Shown: positions 10,916 to 20,770 of the stretch, one piece after another | Layout of the letters: every line of letters begins with the position of its first letter | Numbering within the stretch: the first letter of the stretch is position 1 | Origin: Nitrosopumilus sp. | GTDB taxonomy: Archaea > Thermoproteota > Nitrososphaeria > Nitrososphaerales > Nitrosopumilaceae | NCBI GenBank assembly: GCA_965249555.1 | Contig: OZ252243.1 | Span: forward strand, 1,024,001 to 1,088,000 | Length of the DNA: 64,000 nt | Direction: 5' to 3' | Translations under genes and position numbers: made by a program | Notes under the pieces: model-generated | What the model was told of the DNA's origin: nothing | The model's database searches: none | Seen by the model: the letters and a program-made list of their open reading frames with translations, nothing else

Positions 10916-10954
10916 GAAAATGTGATTTAATGGGATTCTTAAGTTTTGAGAAGA

Positions 10955-12679
10955 TCATTCTTCTTCTGCAGAACCCTCGGTATCTTTAGTACTATACTCC
11001 TTAACCACTTGGTCACGAATTTTATCGAATTTCCCAATCTCTTCTGCTTCTCTTTTCTCATCTCCTTGGTATACTGTTCTGATAGGCCATGGAATTCTAA
11101 TATCGTAATCTTTGAATTCTTGGTACATGATTGTTCTCATTTCACTTTTCATCTTAAACTGAGAACCATAATCTCGTACAAACACTCTAAGTGCAAAATC
11201 AAGTGATGAGTCATTAAAATTGTTAAACCTTACAACAGGATCACCTACTTCTACGTGTATTTCTTTATCACATCCACAACTTGGTTTGTGTTCATCAAGG
11301 TATGGACATCTTTTCTGTCTAGCAAGATGATTACCTTGTTCATCCTTAACTTCTTTCATGGCCTGTTTACCTATCTTCATTAGAATTGCTTCTACTTGCA
11401 CAGGATCGTTTAGATATGAAACTCCAACCTCAATAACTGCTGGAACAAGCTTGAATTCCTTAGTAAAGTTGATTATTTCTTCTGAGACGATTTGTTTTGT
11501 AGGAATTATTGCCAAAGATTCGTTGAGACCATGTCTGACATAGGTTACTCTAGGTGTAATTTTGAATACTAGACCTGTATATCCACTTGGCAACGTAACC
11601 CTATCACCCTCTTTGATAACTTTGTCTTTCTTGATCATGATATATGCAAAGTAATTTTCCATTGTTTCTTTTAGTGCGAGTCCTATACCAAGTGCAAGTC
11701 CTCCAGTTGCAGTTGCCAAAACTACCAAATCTACTCCCCACCATGTAACTACACCAAGTACTGTGGCAACAAAAATTCCTACTGGAAGAACTTGTTTTGC
11801 AGATTTTGGAACTCCTGCTTTTTGTTTTCTTGCATATCCTGGTGGTCTTGAACTTGGAATTAATGGTTCATAGTTATTTTGTCTCTTTTGCTCTCGCCAT
11901 ACATCTATAGGATAAATTTCGTCTGGTGTAGTACCAGGTTTTAGCTTTTGCCCTGTCTGGTTTGTTCCATCTATACAATTTTCATAATATTTTTCATATT
12001 TTACTCTCTCTGATTTTTTCCACTCTTCAAATGGATCATCTACTAGTTTATCATAACTACCAATAGGTAAACCTCTAGAAGTACGATATTTTTCAAGAAA
12101 TTTTAGACCATCTTCGGCTTGAATATGTTTTTGAAATTCATCATCTTTCATGTCGTAAGGAGTTGTCTTGGGTGGAATCCATTTGAAGCATTTGTAGAAT
12201 AAATTATCATCATCTGTAAATCCTCGCATGTCATTCCACTGTTCATAATCTTCTCTTTCCAGAATTGATTTGTCACGTTTTGCTAAAGCAATTGGAATTA
12301 GGTGTGATATTGTCCAGCCAATTACTAGTATGTTGATTGAATTAAGAATTTTTGCAAATTTTTCAGCACCGCCTAATCCATCTTCAATCTCTACCTCGAA
12401 TAGTTCAGCGGTTTGTATGTATACATTAATGGATGACACTAAAGCTATTGCAAAAAATGGCAGTACTGCCTTGCGAACAAATCGAGAAGAATGTGGTCGT
12501 GTATAATTAAATTTTTGAGAAGAAACCCAATGTGAAAATTTATGGTAAACTATTCCAATAATTACTAAACCAATGATTAAAAGAACAAAGGCCACTTGAA
12601 GAGACTCTGAAGAAGCTAGAATCTGAGGTATTGTTTCAAATTCTCCTACAGAAATTCCTGTACCTTCGTGCTCAGTCAT
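10955..12679 (-). CDS. MscS-family mechanosensitive channel with large insertions
   Basis: GLALGIGLALKETMENYFA, KEGDRV, IINFT, FNDSSLDF, IRIPWP. Confidence 0.85.
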   Translation of the reverse strand: MTEHEGTGISVGEFETIPQILASSESLQVAFVLLIIGLVIIGIVYHKFSHWVSSQKFNYTRPHSSRFVRKAVLPFFAIALVSSINVYIQTAELFEVEIEDGLGGAEKFAKILNSINILVIGWTISHLIPIALAKRDKSILEREDYEQWNDMRGFTDDDNLFYKCFKWIPPKTTPYDMKDDEFQKHIQAEDGLKFLEKYRTSRGLPIGSYDKLVDDPFEEWKKSERVKYEKYYENCIDGTNQTGQKLKPGTTPDEIYPIDVWREQKRQNNYEPLIPSSRPPGYARKQKAGVPKSAKQVLPVGIFVATVLGVVTWWGVDLVVLATATGGLALGIGLALKETMENYFAYIMIKKDKVIKEGDRVTLPSGYTGLVFKITPRVTYVRHGLNESLAIIPTKQIVSEEIINFTKEFKLVPAVIEVGVSYLNDPVQVEAILMKIGKQAMKEVKDEQGNHLARQKRCPYLDEHKPSCGCDKEIHVEVGDPVVRFNNFNDSSLDFALRVFVRDYGSQFKMKSEMRTIMYQEFKDYDIRIPWPIRTVYQGDEKREAEEIGKFDKIRDQVVKEYSTKDTEGSAEEE

Positions 12680-12834
12680 ATCTACTCAATTAAATCACAG
12701 TTTAATATAGAATACAAAGTTAACTTCTCTTATCACTTTTGATTGAAATTTTTATCAAACTTTTGCTAAATTCAAAAATTTTTGTGCGTAAAAAACCTGT
12801 AACTTTTATCAAGGGTTAATGTACTATTTACTGA

Positions 12835-14181
12835 ATGACCTATCAGAAATCAATTTGGAATGATTCACCATCACTAAAATCATACACATTATCAAATTTT
12901 CGTGAACTTCCACACATTCAGAATCTTTCTGAAGAAACTCAATTTGAGATGGAAGTTGTAGGAAATGTTTTACCCTTCAAAGCAAACAACTACGTTGTTG
13001 AACAATTAATTGATTGGGACAATATACCAAATGATCCAATGTATGTTTTGACTTTTCCTCAAAAAGGAATGTTAAAACCAGAACACTATGAAAAAATGGC
13101 AACTGCTTTAAAAAATAATTCTGATAAAAAAGAAATTACATCACTTGCAAATGAAATTCGTTTACAACTAAATCCACATCCAGCAGGACAAATGGAACTT
13201 AATGTTCCAACACTAAAAGATGGTACCAAGTTATATGGCATGCAACACAAATACAAGGAAACCTGTCTCTTCTTCCCAAGTCAAAGTCAGACTTGTCATG
13301 CATATTGCAGCTTTTGTTTTAGATGGCCACAATTTGTTGGAATGGATGAAATGAAATTTGCAATGCGAGAAGGTGAACAACTAGTTCAATATCTTATAGA
13401 ACATCCAGAAATTAGCGATGTACTCTTTACAGGTGGTGATCCAATGATTATGAATGCAAAAATGTTTTCTAAATACATTGATACTTTAATTGATGCAAAA
13501 CTTCCCAATCTTAAAACAATTAGAATTGGAACAAAAGCTCTATCTTACTGGCCTTACAAATTTTTAACAGATTCTGACTCACAAGAAATGTTAGGCATTT
13601 TTAGAAAGATTACTGATAACGGATTGCATCTTGCATTTATGGCTCACTTTAATCATCTGAATGAATTATCAACAGATTCTGTAAAAAGTGCAATTGAACA
13701 AGTGAGAGCAACAGGTGCACAAATTAGAACACAATCTCCACTTTTAGCACACATCAATGACGATGCAGAAATGTGGGCAAAAATGTGGACAAAACAAGTT
13801 CAACTAGGATGTATTCCATATTACATGTTTGTAGTTAGAGATACTGGGGCGCAACACTACTTCGGGATTTCTCTCATTAAGGCGCATGATATTTTCAAAA
13901 AGGCCTATTCCACAGTAAGCGGATTAGCAAGAACTGTTCGTGGGCCTAGCATGTCTGCAACTCCAGGAAAAGTACACGTAATTGGAACCGCAACTGTAAA
14001 TGATCAGAAGGTAATTGTTTTGAGATTTTTACAGGGTAGAAATCCTAATTGGGTAGAAACTCCATTCTTTGCAAAATATGATGAAAATGCAATTTGGTTA
14101 GATGATTTAAAACCCGCATTTACTGAAAAATTCTTCTTTGAAGATGAATTAAATAATATCAAAACATCAAAAATGAATTAG
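12835..14181 (+). CDS. KamA-family radical SAM enzyme (lysine 2,3-aminomutase-like)
   Basis: HKY, CHAYCSFCFR (CxxxCxxC), TGGDP, IRIGT, HFNH, PYY. Confidence 0.88.
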   Translation: MTYQKSIWNDSPSLKSYTLSNFRELPHIQNLSEETQFEMEVVGNVLPFKANNYVVEQLIDWDNIPNDPMYVLTFPQKGMLKPEHYEKMATALKNNSDKKEITSLANEIRLQLNPHPAGQMELNVPTLKDGTKLYGMQHKYKETCLFFPSQSQTCHAYCSFCFRWPQFVGMDEMKFAMREGEQLVQYLIEHPEISDVLFTGGDPMIMNAKMFSKYIDTLIDAKLPNLKTIRIGTKALSYWPYKFLTDSDSQEMLGIFRKITDNGLHLAFMAHFNHLNELSTDSVKSAIEQVRATGAQIRTQSPLLAHINDDAEMWAKMWTKQVQLGCIPYYMFVVRDTGAQHYFGISLIKAHDIFKKAYSTVSGLARTVRGPSMSATPGKVHVIGTATVNDQKVIVLRFLQGRNPNWVETPFFAKYDENAIWLDDLKPAFTEKFFFEDELNNIKTSKMN

Positions 14182-14249
14182 AATTTATCAATTGTGTAAT
14201 AACCTACAAGTATAGGAATCATGAAAAATTAACCTAGTTGGTGTAAGAT

Positions 14250-15401
14250 ATGGTAGAAAGTAATTATGATATTCTAGGAATTGTGGAAGGTTCAACTGAG
14301 AAAGAAATTCGGGGTGCATTTAGACGATTGGCTCTTCAATATCATTCAGATCGTGGTGGAGAAAATGAACAATTCATCAAAATTAAACAAGCATACGATG
14401 ATCTCAAAATTGGTAAAAAGTATCCCGATACAGACATTGAAAAATTAAGAAACTCAAGAGTATTTTCTGGTGATACTGAAGCTGATGTTAGAAGAAAGAA
14501 TCAGATTCTAGGTCAACAACTATCCAAAGAAATGAAAACTGCTGAAGAATGGGCAGCAGCCCTGAATAGATCAAACTCAACTGCAACAAGACTATTTGGA
14601 TCAAAAACCCTTGGCGAAATTGAACTAGAAAGAAAAGCAACAGGTGCATTATCAATCAAAGGAAATTTCATGGCAGGAAGTCTAACATATGATGGTCCAA
14701 TAGTTATGCAGGGAAGTATAACTAGTCCATCATGGACACAAGAATTTAAAACAGATATACATCTCACCAAAGGAGATTTCAAATTTATCAATCCTTTAGA
14801 AACCAAATACAAAATTGAGAATGGTGCCAGACTTATTGCAGATAATGGAAATATTATAGTAGGAAATATCTTCGGCAGAAAATACAAGGTTGCAGACAAG
14901 ATAAAAGTTGGCGTGTTTCAAATTCAAGAACACAGAACACACATTTCAGCCCTAAATGGAAAAATTATTGCTGAAAATGTCGTAAATACAGTTTTACTTG
15001 ATGCTGATACAATTATTGTTCTTAATGTAGAAGATGATGTTATACTATCTGGACGTGAAATTTTATTTTATGGAGGAAAATTCACCCATGATTCTGTAAT
15101 TGAATTAAAACAGAATGGTTTAATACGATTTTTTGAAAGCTTTTCAATTCAAGGACTAAGTGGAGATGCAATAATCAAACTTGAAAATGGCAAAAAAATC
15201 CGATTGTTTGATCTGAAAACCAAAAAAATCAAAGATTTAGCTGATGAGTTTGTACCTAACAAAGAGAACTATGGAAAAGATGCTACTATGGTTGGATATG
15301 GATTTACAATTACATATGATATGTTAGATAATCTTTCAAAGAAATCAACTAAAAACCAAAAAAGTAGTTGGGCATCAAAATTTGGCTTCTCTAAAAATTA
15401 A
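14250..15401 (+). CDS. J-domain (DnaJ-like) protein with long beta-rich C-terminal region
   Basis: YDILG..EIRGAFRRLALQYHSDRGG..FIKIKQAY; HSD replaces HPD. Confidence 0.85.
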   Translation: MVESNYDILGIVEGSTEKEIRGAFRRLALQYHSDRGGENEQFIKIKQAYDDLKIGKKYPDTDIEKLRNSRVFSGDTEADVRRKNQILGQQLSKEMKTAEEWAAALNRSNSTATRLFGSKTLGEIELERKATGALSIKGNFMAGSLTYDGPIVMQGSITSPSWTQEFKTDIHLTKGDFKFINPLETKYKIENGARLIADNGNIIVGNIFGRKYKVADKIKVGVFQIQEHRTHISALNGKIIAENVVNTVLLDADTIIVLNVEDDVILSGREILFYGGKFTHDSVIELKQNGLIRFFESFSIQGLSGDAIIKLENGKKIRLFDLKTKKIKDLADEFVPNKENYGKDATMVGYGFTITYDMLDNLSKKSTKNQKSSWASKFGFSKN

Positions 15402-15410
15402 TCAATCTTC

Positions 15411-15943
15411 ATGATTTTTTTAATTTTATTTTCAATACTAGTTATTTTGGCATCAACGTCTAGGGTGCAGATGATGAAAAAATAACTGATGAAAAAGTTG
15501 TAGCCTATTCCAAGTTCAAAGGCGAGAAAACCTATTCCTATGTTAGAAGAATCTGTCATATTGAAATTCATGAAAACAAAACACATACTGATTTTCACAA
15601 ATACATTTTGGATCCTGAATTTGTAGAACTGTTAGAAAAATTTTACAACAATAGAGTATCTCAAAGAAAAAAATATCTATTTTGGGAAAATAACAACACT
15701 AAATTTGAATTTAAAACATATGACAGCATAGTAAAAAGTCAAGTTGGCAGAGATAACAAGTTTTTCAAGAAGATTCTATCTTTGATGGGTTTTAAAAAAT
15801 CAGACTTTGGAGTTTACTTTAGGGCCAATTACGGATTTAGGCATTTTGGAATTCAGATGTGGCTTATTGCAACTGATTACAACTATGACTTGGTTTCTGA
15901 AATGTCTCATGAAGATACTGCAACTTTGAAAAAAATGGCATGA
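15411..15943 (+). pseudogene. Hypothetical protein, probably frameshifted after a signal-peptide-like N-terminus
   Basis: Track ORF 15608-15943 is open upstream to 15464 without a standard start. ATG 15411, in another frame, gives hydrophobic MIFLILFSILVILASTS. Confidence 0.35.
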
Positions 15944-15966
15944 CATAGAAAATAGTTGAATAAATT

Positions 15967-16227
15967 ATGTTGTTTAGGAAACAATCATTTACAATTATAA
16001 TAAGAAATTTTGAACCACTAATTGCATCAAAGGATCCAGTTGATAGAAAAAATAAGCTTAAAGAAGAAATTGCAAAACAAATAAAAAATCTAGATGAAAT
16101 CCGAGAATTTTGCCAAGGTAAAAAATTATCCATAATTGTACAATTTCTTCTATATGATGGAAGTAAAGATGGAAATCAACAACCAGAAGGCAGAATAAAA
16201 AAAGATCATAGATATAGTGATATCTGA
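15967..16227 (+). CDS. Hypothetical protein, possibly a truncated RusA-like nuclease
   Basis: 86-aa ORF; ends shortly after ..GRIKKD, where RusA would continue DxDN. Family call is weak. Confidence 0.35.
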   Translation: MLFRKQSFTIIIRNFEPLIASKDPVDRKNKLKEEIAKQIKNLDEIREFCQGKKLSIIVQFLLYDGSKDGNQQPEGRIKKDHRYSDI

Positions 16228-16401
16228 ATGGATTAAATCAGACAACTAAATTTTATAATCCTAGAAGGTTTTGCTAAATTATACATGGACACAAATGTCT
16301 ACTGTGTTAACAACTCTATATTTTTTCAAGAATTTACTAAATACCTGGTTGTTTCATAAAATAATTTTCAAACCACATATCATATCATTCTGAAATTAGT
16401 A

Positions 16402-17247
16402 TTAATTTTTTCTAAATTGGTACAACTTTAGAATTCCAAATGCAGGAATTCCGGCATACATTCCAATATTTAGTAGAATTAGGGATATTCCATATCCTAA
16501 CATCTCTTGTTCTGAATCAATGTCAACATAATTCAGTAAAGACAATGATGATAACATTGGAGTTAGTGTTATTTTCACAACTTCTTTGAAAATTGGTTGC
16601 TCTCTTTCCAAATCAGCAATCATTGGTGAAAATGAATAATAGAATTGATTAAATTCAGCCATAAATGCAGTTCCAGATTCTGTTGATAAAATAGTATTAT
16701 CTCTAAGTTCTCTTAATTGTTGTACTTGTGGTGCCATCTCTGAACCAAATGTTGCAGTTGCAATAAGACAACCACCACCTTCCTCATCCATCATAACTTC
16801 CTCATCCATCATAACTTCCTCATCCATCATAACTTCCTCATCCATCATAACTTCCTCAGCTACTGCTTCTTGTACTATGATCAAACCTTGCATCCAAGGA
16901 TGAATCATACAGAAATAATCAAACTCACCTGCAGTGTCTGCAGTGTATTCATAAGAAGCATCTACTGCTAATAAACCAGAATCAAATACATCGCTTGGAC
17001 CATCATTTGGATTTCCTGCTGTAAATGTGTGTGCTGCACTATCTGTGTTTGAGAATATTATAACTTCTCCAACATTAACTGTTGCAGTATTTGGAATCCA
17101 ACATCCATCCACTTCTTCACATCCTAGTACAGCAGAACCTGGTGCTGGTACAATTGTGACTTCTGCAAAAGCAGCTGGGGTTGTTGCACCTATTCCAGCT
17201 ACAATAGCAAATAGTACGAAGAAAGAGCAAATTGCTGTAGTCTTCAT
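16402..17247 (-). CDS. Secreted type-1 blue copper (cupredoxin) protein with Met-rich repeat linker and CFI-box-type C-terminal domain
   Basis: Signal peptide; AHTFT..YFCMIHPWM (H, C, H, M ligands); (EEVMMD)x4; GGGCLIATATFGSEMAPQVQQLRELRD; C-terminal TM. Confidence 0.9.
   Translation of the reverse strand: MKTTAICSFFVLFAIVAGIGATTPAAFAEVTIVPAPGSAVLGCEEVDGCWIPNTATVNVGEVIIFSNTDSAAHTFTAGNPNDGPSDVFDSGLLAVDASYEYTADTAGEFDYFCMIHPWMQGLIIVQEAVAEEVMMDEEVMMDEEVMMDEEVMMDEEGGGCLIATATFGSEMAPQVQQLRELRDNTILSTESGTAFMAEFNQFYYSFSPMIADLEREQPIFKEVVKITLTPMLSSLSLLNYVDIDSEQEMLGYGISLILLNIGMYAGIPAFGILKLYQFRKN
16779..16858. repeat. Perfect 18-nt tandem repeat (TCCTCATCCATCATAACT, about 4.4 copies)
   Basis: Units start at 16781, 16799, 16817 and 16835. 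Confidence 0.95.
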
Positions 17248-17323
17248 TGTACAAATTACTTGTATTGATACATAAAAACCTCACTAGAACTCTGAAAATG
17301 TTGAAAATAAAATACAAAGATCA

Positions 17324-17530
17324 GTGAATTTTACTACTGTAGTTTATGATAATCCCGAAAAAACTGGTCATGACGTAGATTACTCACAATCAGCTCAAAG
17401 ACTTGAAATTTATTACGAGTTGATGGTATTCATCATTCTCATTTCAGCTGTTTTATTTATTGCCGCATTACTTTGGTTGAAGAAAAAACCAAATCTTCCA
17501 CAAAATAAGCTTGGTGCTGTTAAAATCTAA
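17324..17530 (+). CDS. Small single-TM hypothetical protein
   Basis: 68-aa ORF with a hydrophobic helix followed by a basic tail. Confidence 0.45.
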   Translation: MNFTTVVYDNPEKTGHDVDYSQSAQRLEIYYELMVFIILISAVLFIAALLWLKKKPNLPQNKLGAVKI

Positions 17531-17560
17531 AATAATAAAAAGAAATTAAATTGAACTAAT

Positions 17561-17860
17561 CTAATCGATTAATTCAGTCCAACCTTTGACGAAGACTGAG
17601 TTCTTGTAGAGTGGAACTGGTTGTCCAACAGTAAAGTCCATTGGTCTCATCCAAAAGATTGCTTTTGTTGGGCATACACCGATGCATGCACCATCAGAAA
17701 TACATCTTTCTGGATAAAATACAAATGCTTTACCTCTCTTCCAGCCTTCAACTGGTTTTACTCTAAGGACATCTGGACCAAGAGTTGTACAGATTTCTAC
17801 ACATAGTGCGCATCCGATACACATCTGTTCGCTGATGTCTGGAATAATTCCTACTGGCAT
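17561..17860 (-). CDS. 4Fe-4S dicluster ferredoxin
   Basis: CIGCALCVEIC and CISDGACIGVCP. Confidence 0.92.
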   Translation of the reverse strand: MPVGIIPDISEQMCIGCALCVEICTTLGPDVLRVKPVEGWKRGKAFVFYPERCISDGACIGVCPTKAIFWMRPMDFTVGQPVPLYKNSVFVKGWTELID

Positions 17861-17953
17861 AACGAAATTATTTCTTAATTTGGTCTTTATATAATTTGCC
17901 TAAAAATATCGAGTTATAACGGTGTTTCAAATTTGATCGCACAAAAATCCAAA

Positions 17954-18571
17954 TCAACCATTTTCTTGTTCGATTTTGAATATCTTTGAATTTGTATCTT
18001 CAAAAGTGCTGATTACTAAATTACTTTCAATTTTTTTTAAGAAAAAAACTCCTGTTTTTCCTGATTTTATGATCTGTTTCCCTCCTGGTGATAATACCCA
18101 TTCATTGTTCTCTTTCTTTCTTGCCATTGCAATTATAACAACAGATGAACTTGTTTGTTTTCCAACAGATGAGAGTAACATGATACATGAATTGATGAAT
18201 CTAGCAGATTCAAGATCATCAAACATATTGTAAACTCCGTTAAATGAGTCAATTACAACTAGGAGTTTCTCTTTTGATACTTTAGTTATGATTTCTAATA
18301 ATTCCTTTTTCCAACTTACTTTATCAGGATGAAAAATTGTTACATTCTTTTTTTCCTGAATCATTCCAGATTCAACATATCCTGTGTAAAGCAAATCCAT
18401 ATCTACAAAAATAATTGGATTTTCGACAGAATTGATTAGTCTGTTAAGAAACTCTGCTTTATGGAAAGGTTCTGAACATAACACTATACTCGGTATGTTT
18501 TGTCTAAATTCATTTTGAATATGTGTTAAATTATTATCTAAAACACTCTTAGGATTTTTATCCAACAACAC
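17954..18571 (-). CDS. Hypothetical protein, degenerate RecA-like fold
   Basis: Walker-B-like LLVVIDSFN and IIFVD; no intact Walker A. Confidence 0.6.
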   Translation of the reverse strand: MLLDKNPKSVLDNNLTHIQNEFRQNIPSIVLCSEPFHKAEFLNRLINSVENPIIFVDMDLLYTGYVESGMIQEKKNVTIFHPDKVSWKKELLEIITKVSKEKLLVVIDSFNGVYNMFDDLESARFINSCIMLLSSVGKQTSSSVVIIAMARKKENNEWVLSPGGKQIIKSGKTGVFFLKKIESNLVISTFEDTNSKIFKIEQENG

Positions 18572-18594
18572 TTTAGCATTTTACAGATATAATA

Positions 18595-19746
18595 ATGAAT
18601 TTAGCATCAAAAGATATTTCAGATGATTTTCCTAATTCAGATAAAATCTATCTAAACAATGCATCAGTATCTTTGATGCCTTCTCAAAGTATTGAAGCCA
18701 TGAACGAGTTTCTAATATCATACAATTCAATTGGTCCTGATTCTAAGGATTCAGAATCATTTGTTACTGAAAAACTACAAAATGTAAGAAAAATAATCGC
18801 AAAAATTATTTCCTGTCAACCTGATGAAGTTGTTCTTACTCAAAGTACAACTGATGGAATCAATATCGTAGCAAATGGACTCCCTTTTGATTCTAGATCA
18901 AATATAATAATTCGTGGAATGGCACATGAACATCATGCAAACTTTTATCCTTGGATTAAATTAAAAGAAAAAATTTCAATAAAAAATCTCCCTATAGATA
19001 AAAATGGTTTTTTCAAATTAGATGATCTAAAATCTTACGTTGATGTTAACACAAAACTAGTAACTCTAAGTCATGCTTTGTATAATACTGGTTCAATATT
19101 ACCTGTAGAAGAAATTGGAAATATTCTTCAAAATAGAGTTCCATTCTTTATTGATAGTGCACAAACTATAGGATGTATAGGTGACATTGATGTATCGAAA
19201 ATTAAATGTGATTTCATGTCATTTAACGGCTCCAAATGGCTTTGCGGTCCAATGGGTACTGGCTTGTTTTACTGTAATAGAAAATCAAGTGAATTATTAG
19301 AACCAATGACAATTGGTGGTGAATCTGCAATTATTTATGATGATACAGATCTTGCTTTCAAAGAACTACCTGACAAATTTCAAACTGGTTTTAGAAATTA
19401 TGTTGGAATAGTTGGATTAGAATCATCTGTAAGATATCTGCTAAATTTTGGTATGGGCAATATTCGTGAGAAAAATCAGTACTTGTCAAATCTTTTCAGA
19501 GAAGAATTATCAAAAATAAAAAATGTTATTTTGTATGGACCCGAAGATCCAAATGAGAGAACCAGTATTGTATCTTTTAATATTGATGGTTTTGATTCAC
19601 AAGAAATAGTAGATAAACTTGAAAAACAAGGTATTGTTTTAGCAGTAAGAGAAATTATGGAAAAAAAGATTGTACGAGTATCTCCTCACTTTTTTAACAC
19701 TGAATCTGAAATGCTTCAAGTAATTGATGCAATAAAGAAACTATAG
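18595..19746 (+). CDS. Class V PLP-dependent enzyme (cysteine desulfurase/C-S lyase-like)
   Basis: IYLNNAS, EHHAN, DSAQ, GSKWLCGPMG (PLP Lys), RVSPHFFN. Confidence 0.88.
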   Translation: MNLASKDISDDFPNSDKIYLNNASVSLMPSQSIEAMNEFLISYNSIGPDSKDSESFVTEKLQNVRKIIAKIISCQPDEVVLTQSTTDGINIVANGLPFDSRSNIIIRGMAHEHHANFYPWIKLKEKISIKNLPIDKNGFFKLDDLKSYVDVNTKLVTLSHALYNTGSILPVEEIGNILQNRVPFFIDSAQTIGCIGDIDVSKIKCDFMSFNGSKWLCGPMGTGLFYCNRKSSELLEPMTIGGESAIIYDDTDLAFKELPDKFQTGFRNYVGIVGLESSVRYLLNFGMGNIREKNQYLSNLFREELSKIKNVILYGPEDPNERTSIVSFNIDGFDSQEIVDKLEKQGIVLAVREIMEKKIVRVSPHFFNTESEMLQVIDAIKKL

Positions 19747-19998
19747 ACCTTCTTGCTCTTCTATTACCATCATAGTTAACGTTGATTGAACTTTGCTAAT
19801 TTTTCTGATTTTGTTAGTGATAATTGCACGTAATTTTTCAGCATCATCAGATGATAACTTTAAGACAATGTCATATACTCCATAAACTCCTTGAACCTCA
19901 GATGTAACATCTTCTTCAGCAAGAATCTGTTTTACTTCATTAATGATTGACTCATCTGATCCTAAATCTGAATTTAATAGAACATATGCAGTAGGCAC
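19741..19998 (-). CDS. Stand-alone Lrp/AsnC ligand-binding (RAM) domain protein
   Basis: AYVLLN..VYGVYDIV..IRKISKVQSTLT. Confidence 0.9.
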   Translation of the reverse strand: MPTAYVLLNSDLGSDESIINEVKQILAEEDVTSEVQGVYGVYDIVLKLSSDDAEKLRAIITNKIRKISKVQSTLTMMVIEEQEGL

Positions 19999-20073
19999 AC
20001 GAAATTTTTCATCAAACAGTATTTAACCTTTCATAATTCAAAAACTGATTAATCACCATCAAGATTTGTTGGT

Positions 20074-20715
20074 GTGAAACCAATAGATCTAACACTTGCA
20101 ATATCAGAATCCATTCCAAGCTTTCCTGGTTCTCCAAAACCGCAATTCATTTCTTGGTCTGATCTAAAGAATGATGGATATAACCTTGAACTATTATTCT
20201 TAAGCTCTCACACTGGAACTCATATTGATGCACCATATCATTTTGTTAAAAATGGTCTCAAAATCGATCAAATTCCACTTGATAGACTCATTGGAAACGC
20301 TACAATAATCAAACTCCAAAAGACTAGGAATACTTCCATTACCAAATTAGACATTACTTTATTTGAAAAAAAGAATGGAAAGATTTCCAACCACTCATCT
20401 GTCTTCTTTTTTACTGGATGGCAAAAAAATTTGAAAAAAGATAATTATTTCACAGAAAATCCAGGATTGGACATATCTGCTGCTAAATATCTTGTATCAA
20501 AAAAGATCAATCTAATTGGAATAGACTCTCCAAGCATAGATCTTGGAAAAGATGAATCATTTAGTGTTCATCATATTTTATTAAAAAATAATGTTTTGAT
20601 TGTAGAAAACTTGGCAAACTTGAATAAAATTCCATCAAAGGAATTTAATTTTACAATTCTTCCACTAAAGCTTAAAGATGCTACAGGTTCACCCGTAAGA
20701 GCAGTAGCATCATAA
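20074..20715 (+). CDS. Cyclase family metal hydrolase (kynurenine formamidase-like)
   Basis: HTGTHIDAPYH, GIDSPS, VENL, GSPVRAVA. Confidence 0.92.
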   Translation: MKPIDLTLAISESIPSFPGSPKPQFISWSDLKNDGYNLELLFLSSHTGTHIDAPYHFVKNGLKIDQIPLDRLIGNATIIKLQKTRNTSITKLDITLFEKKNGKISNHSSVFFFTGWQKNLKKDNYFTENPGLDISAAKYLVSKKINLIGIDSPSIDLGKDESFSVHHILLKNNVLIVENLANLNKIPSKEFNFTILPLKLKDATGSPVRAVAS

Positions 20716-20770
20716 TTTACTCACACAAAATTCCGTAATGCTAAAAATATAGAAAATATCACCATCTTAC

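Noticed and set aside
16779-16858. Short direct repeats as a CRISPR array
   Set aside because: Contiguous in-frame coding repeats with no spacers, and no cas genes in the window.
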